NCBI GenBank assembly: GCA_041488675.1
Contig: JBGPPR010000001.1
Span: forward strand, 1 to 31,444
Reading direction: 5' to 3'
Origin: Thermodesulfovibrionia bacterium
GTDB taxonomy: Bacteria; Nitrospirota; Thermodesulfovibrionia; Thermodesulfovibrionales; SM23-35
DNA: 31,444 bases
The notes under the pieces are model-generated. The model saw nothing but the letters and a program-made list of their open reading frames with translations, did no database searches and had not been told where the DNA came from. The position numbers and the translations under genes are program-made. Positions 31,294-31,444 of this stretch are shown one piece after another; the first letter of the stretch is position 1; each line of letters starts with the position of its first letter.

Positions 31294-31444
31294 TGGAGCA
31301 GTGCCTGAAATTCAGAATTCTGCTCAGTGAGATGTATCAAAGTACTGTTTGAAAACACATGGTTGTGCCGAGGTTAAGAAGACGTCAGATTGCAACTTTG
31401 GTTTTAGAGAAAATTCAAACTTCTTCCTGATTGACATTACCTAA

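Noticed and set aside
31431-31444. TTGACA near the window end
   Set aside because: Truncated by the window edge; -10 and downstream gene not visible

Overview
A 31.4 kb chromosomal housekeeping region; protein style and gene order suggest Nitrospirota/Thermodesulfovibrionia or a related deltaproteobacteria-like lineage (inference). 1-13.2 kb (+): tuf-rpmG-tRNA(Trp)-secE-nusG-rplK-rplA-rplJ-rplL-rpoB-rpoC, then a Mut7-C (PIN-fold) RNase. 13.2-19.5 kb (-): divergent ATP-type PEP carboxykinase, site-2 protease, trpS and a SERCA-like P2A ATPase. 19.6-31.1 kb (+): kdsB-pyrG-kdsA-DUF3147, then kdsD-kdsC-pgsA-plsY-TPR/Zn-finger membrane protein-DUF4388/MshEN/GspG-like fusion-queC-DUF1284-UPF0158-small hypothetical. 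A dRS3/REP-like palindrome follows. No CRISPR, rRNA, transposase or phage genes were seen. The strongest non-annotated signal is a set of short-unit (mostly 7-nt) tandem-repeat/hairpin elements with different unit sequences but a shared architecture. They occur in spacers and in-frame within kdsB and queC (twice, once inside the QueC zinc-binding motif). Other oddities: tRNA-Trp begins inside the rpmG stop codon, rplJ appears to start at CTG with no L10 leader, a symmetric bidirectional promoter links pck and the Kdo operon, and a c-di-GMP-motif/pseudopilin-head fusion is paired with a TPR/Zn-finger membrane protein.
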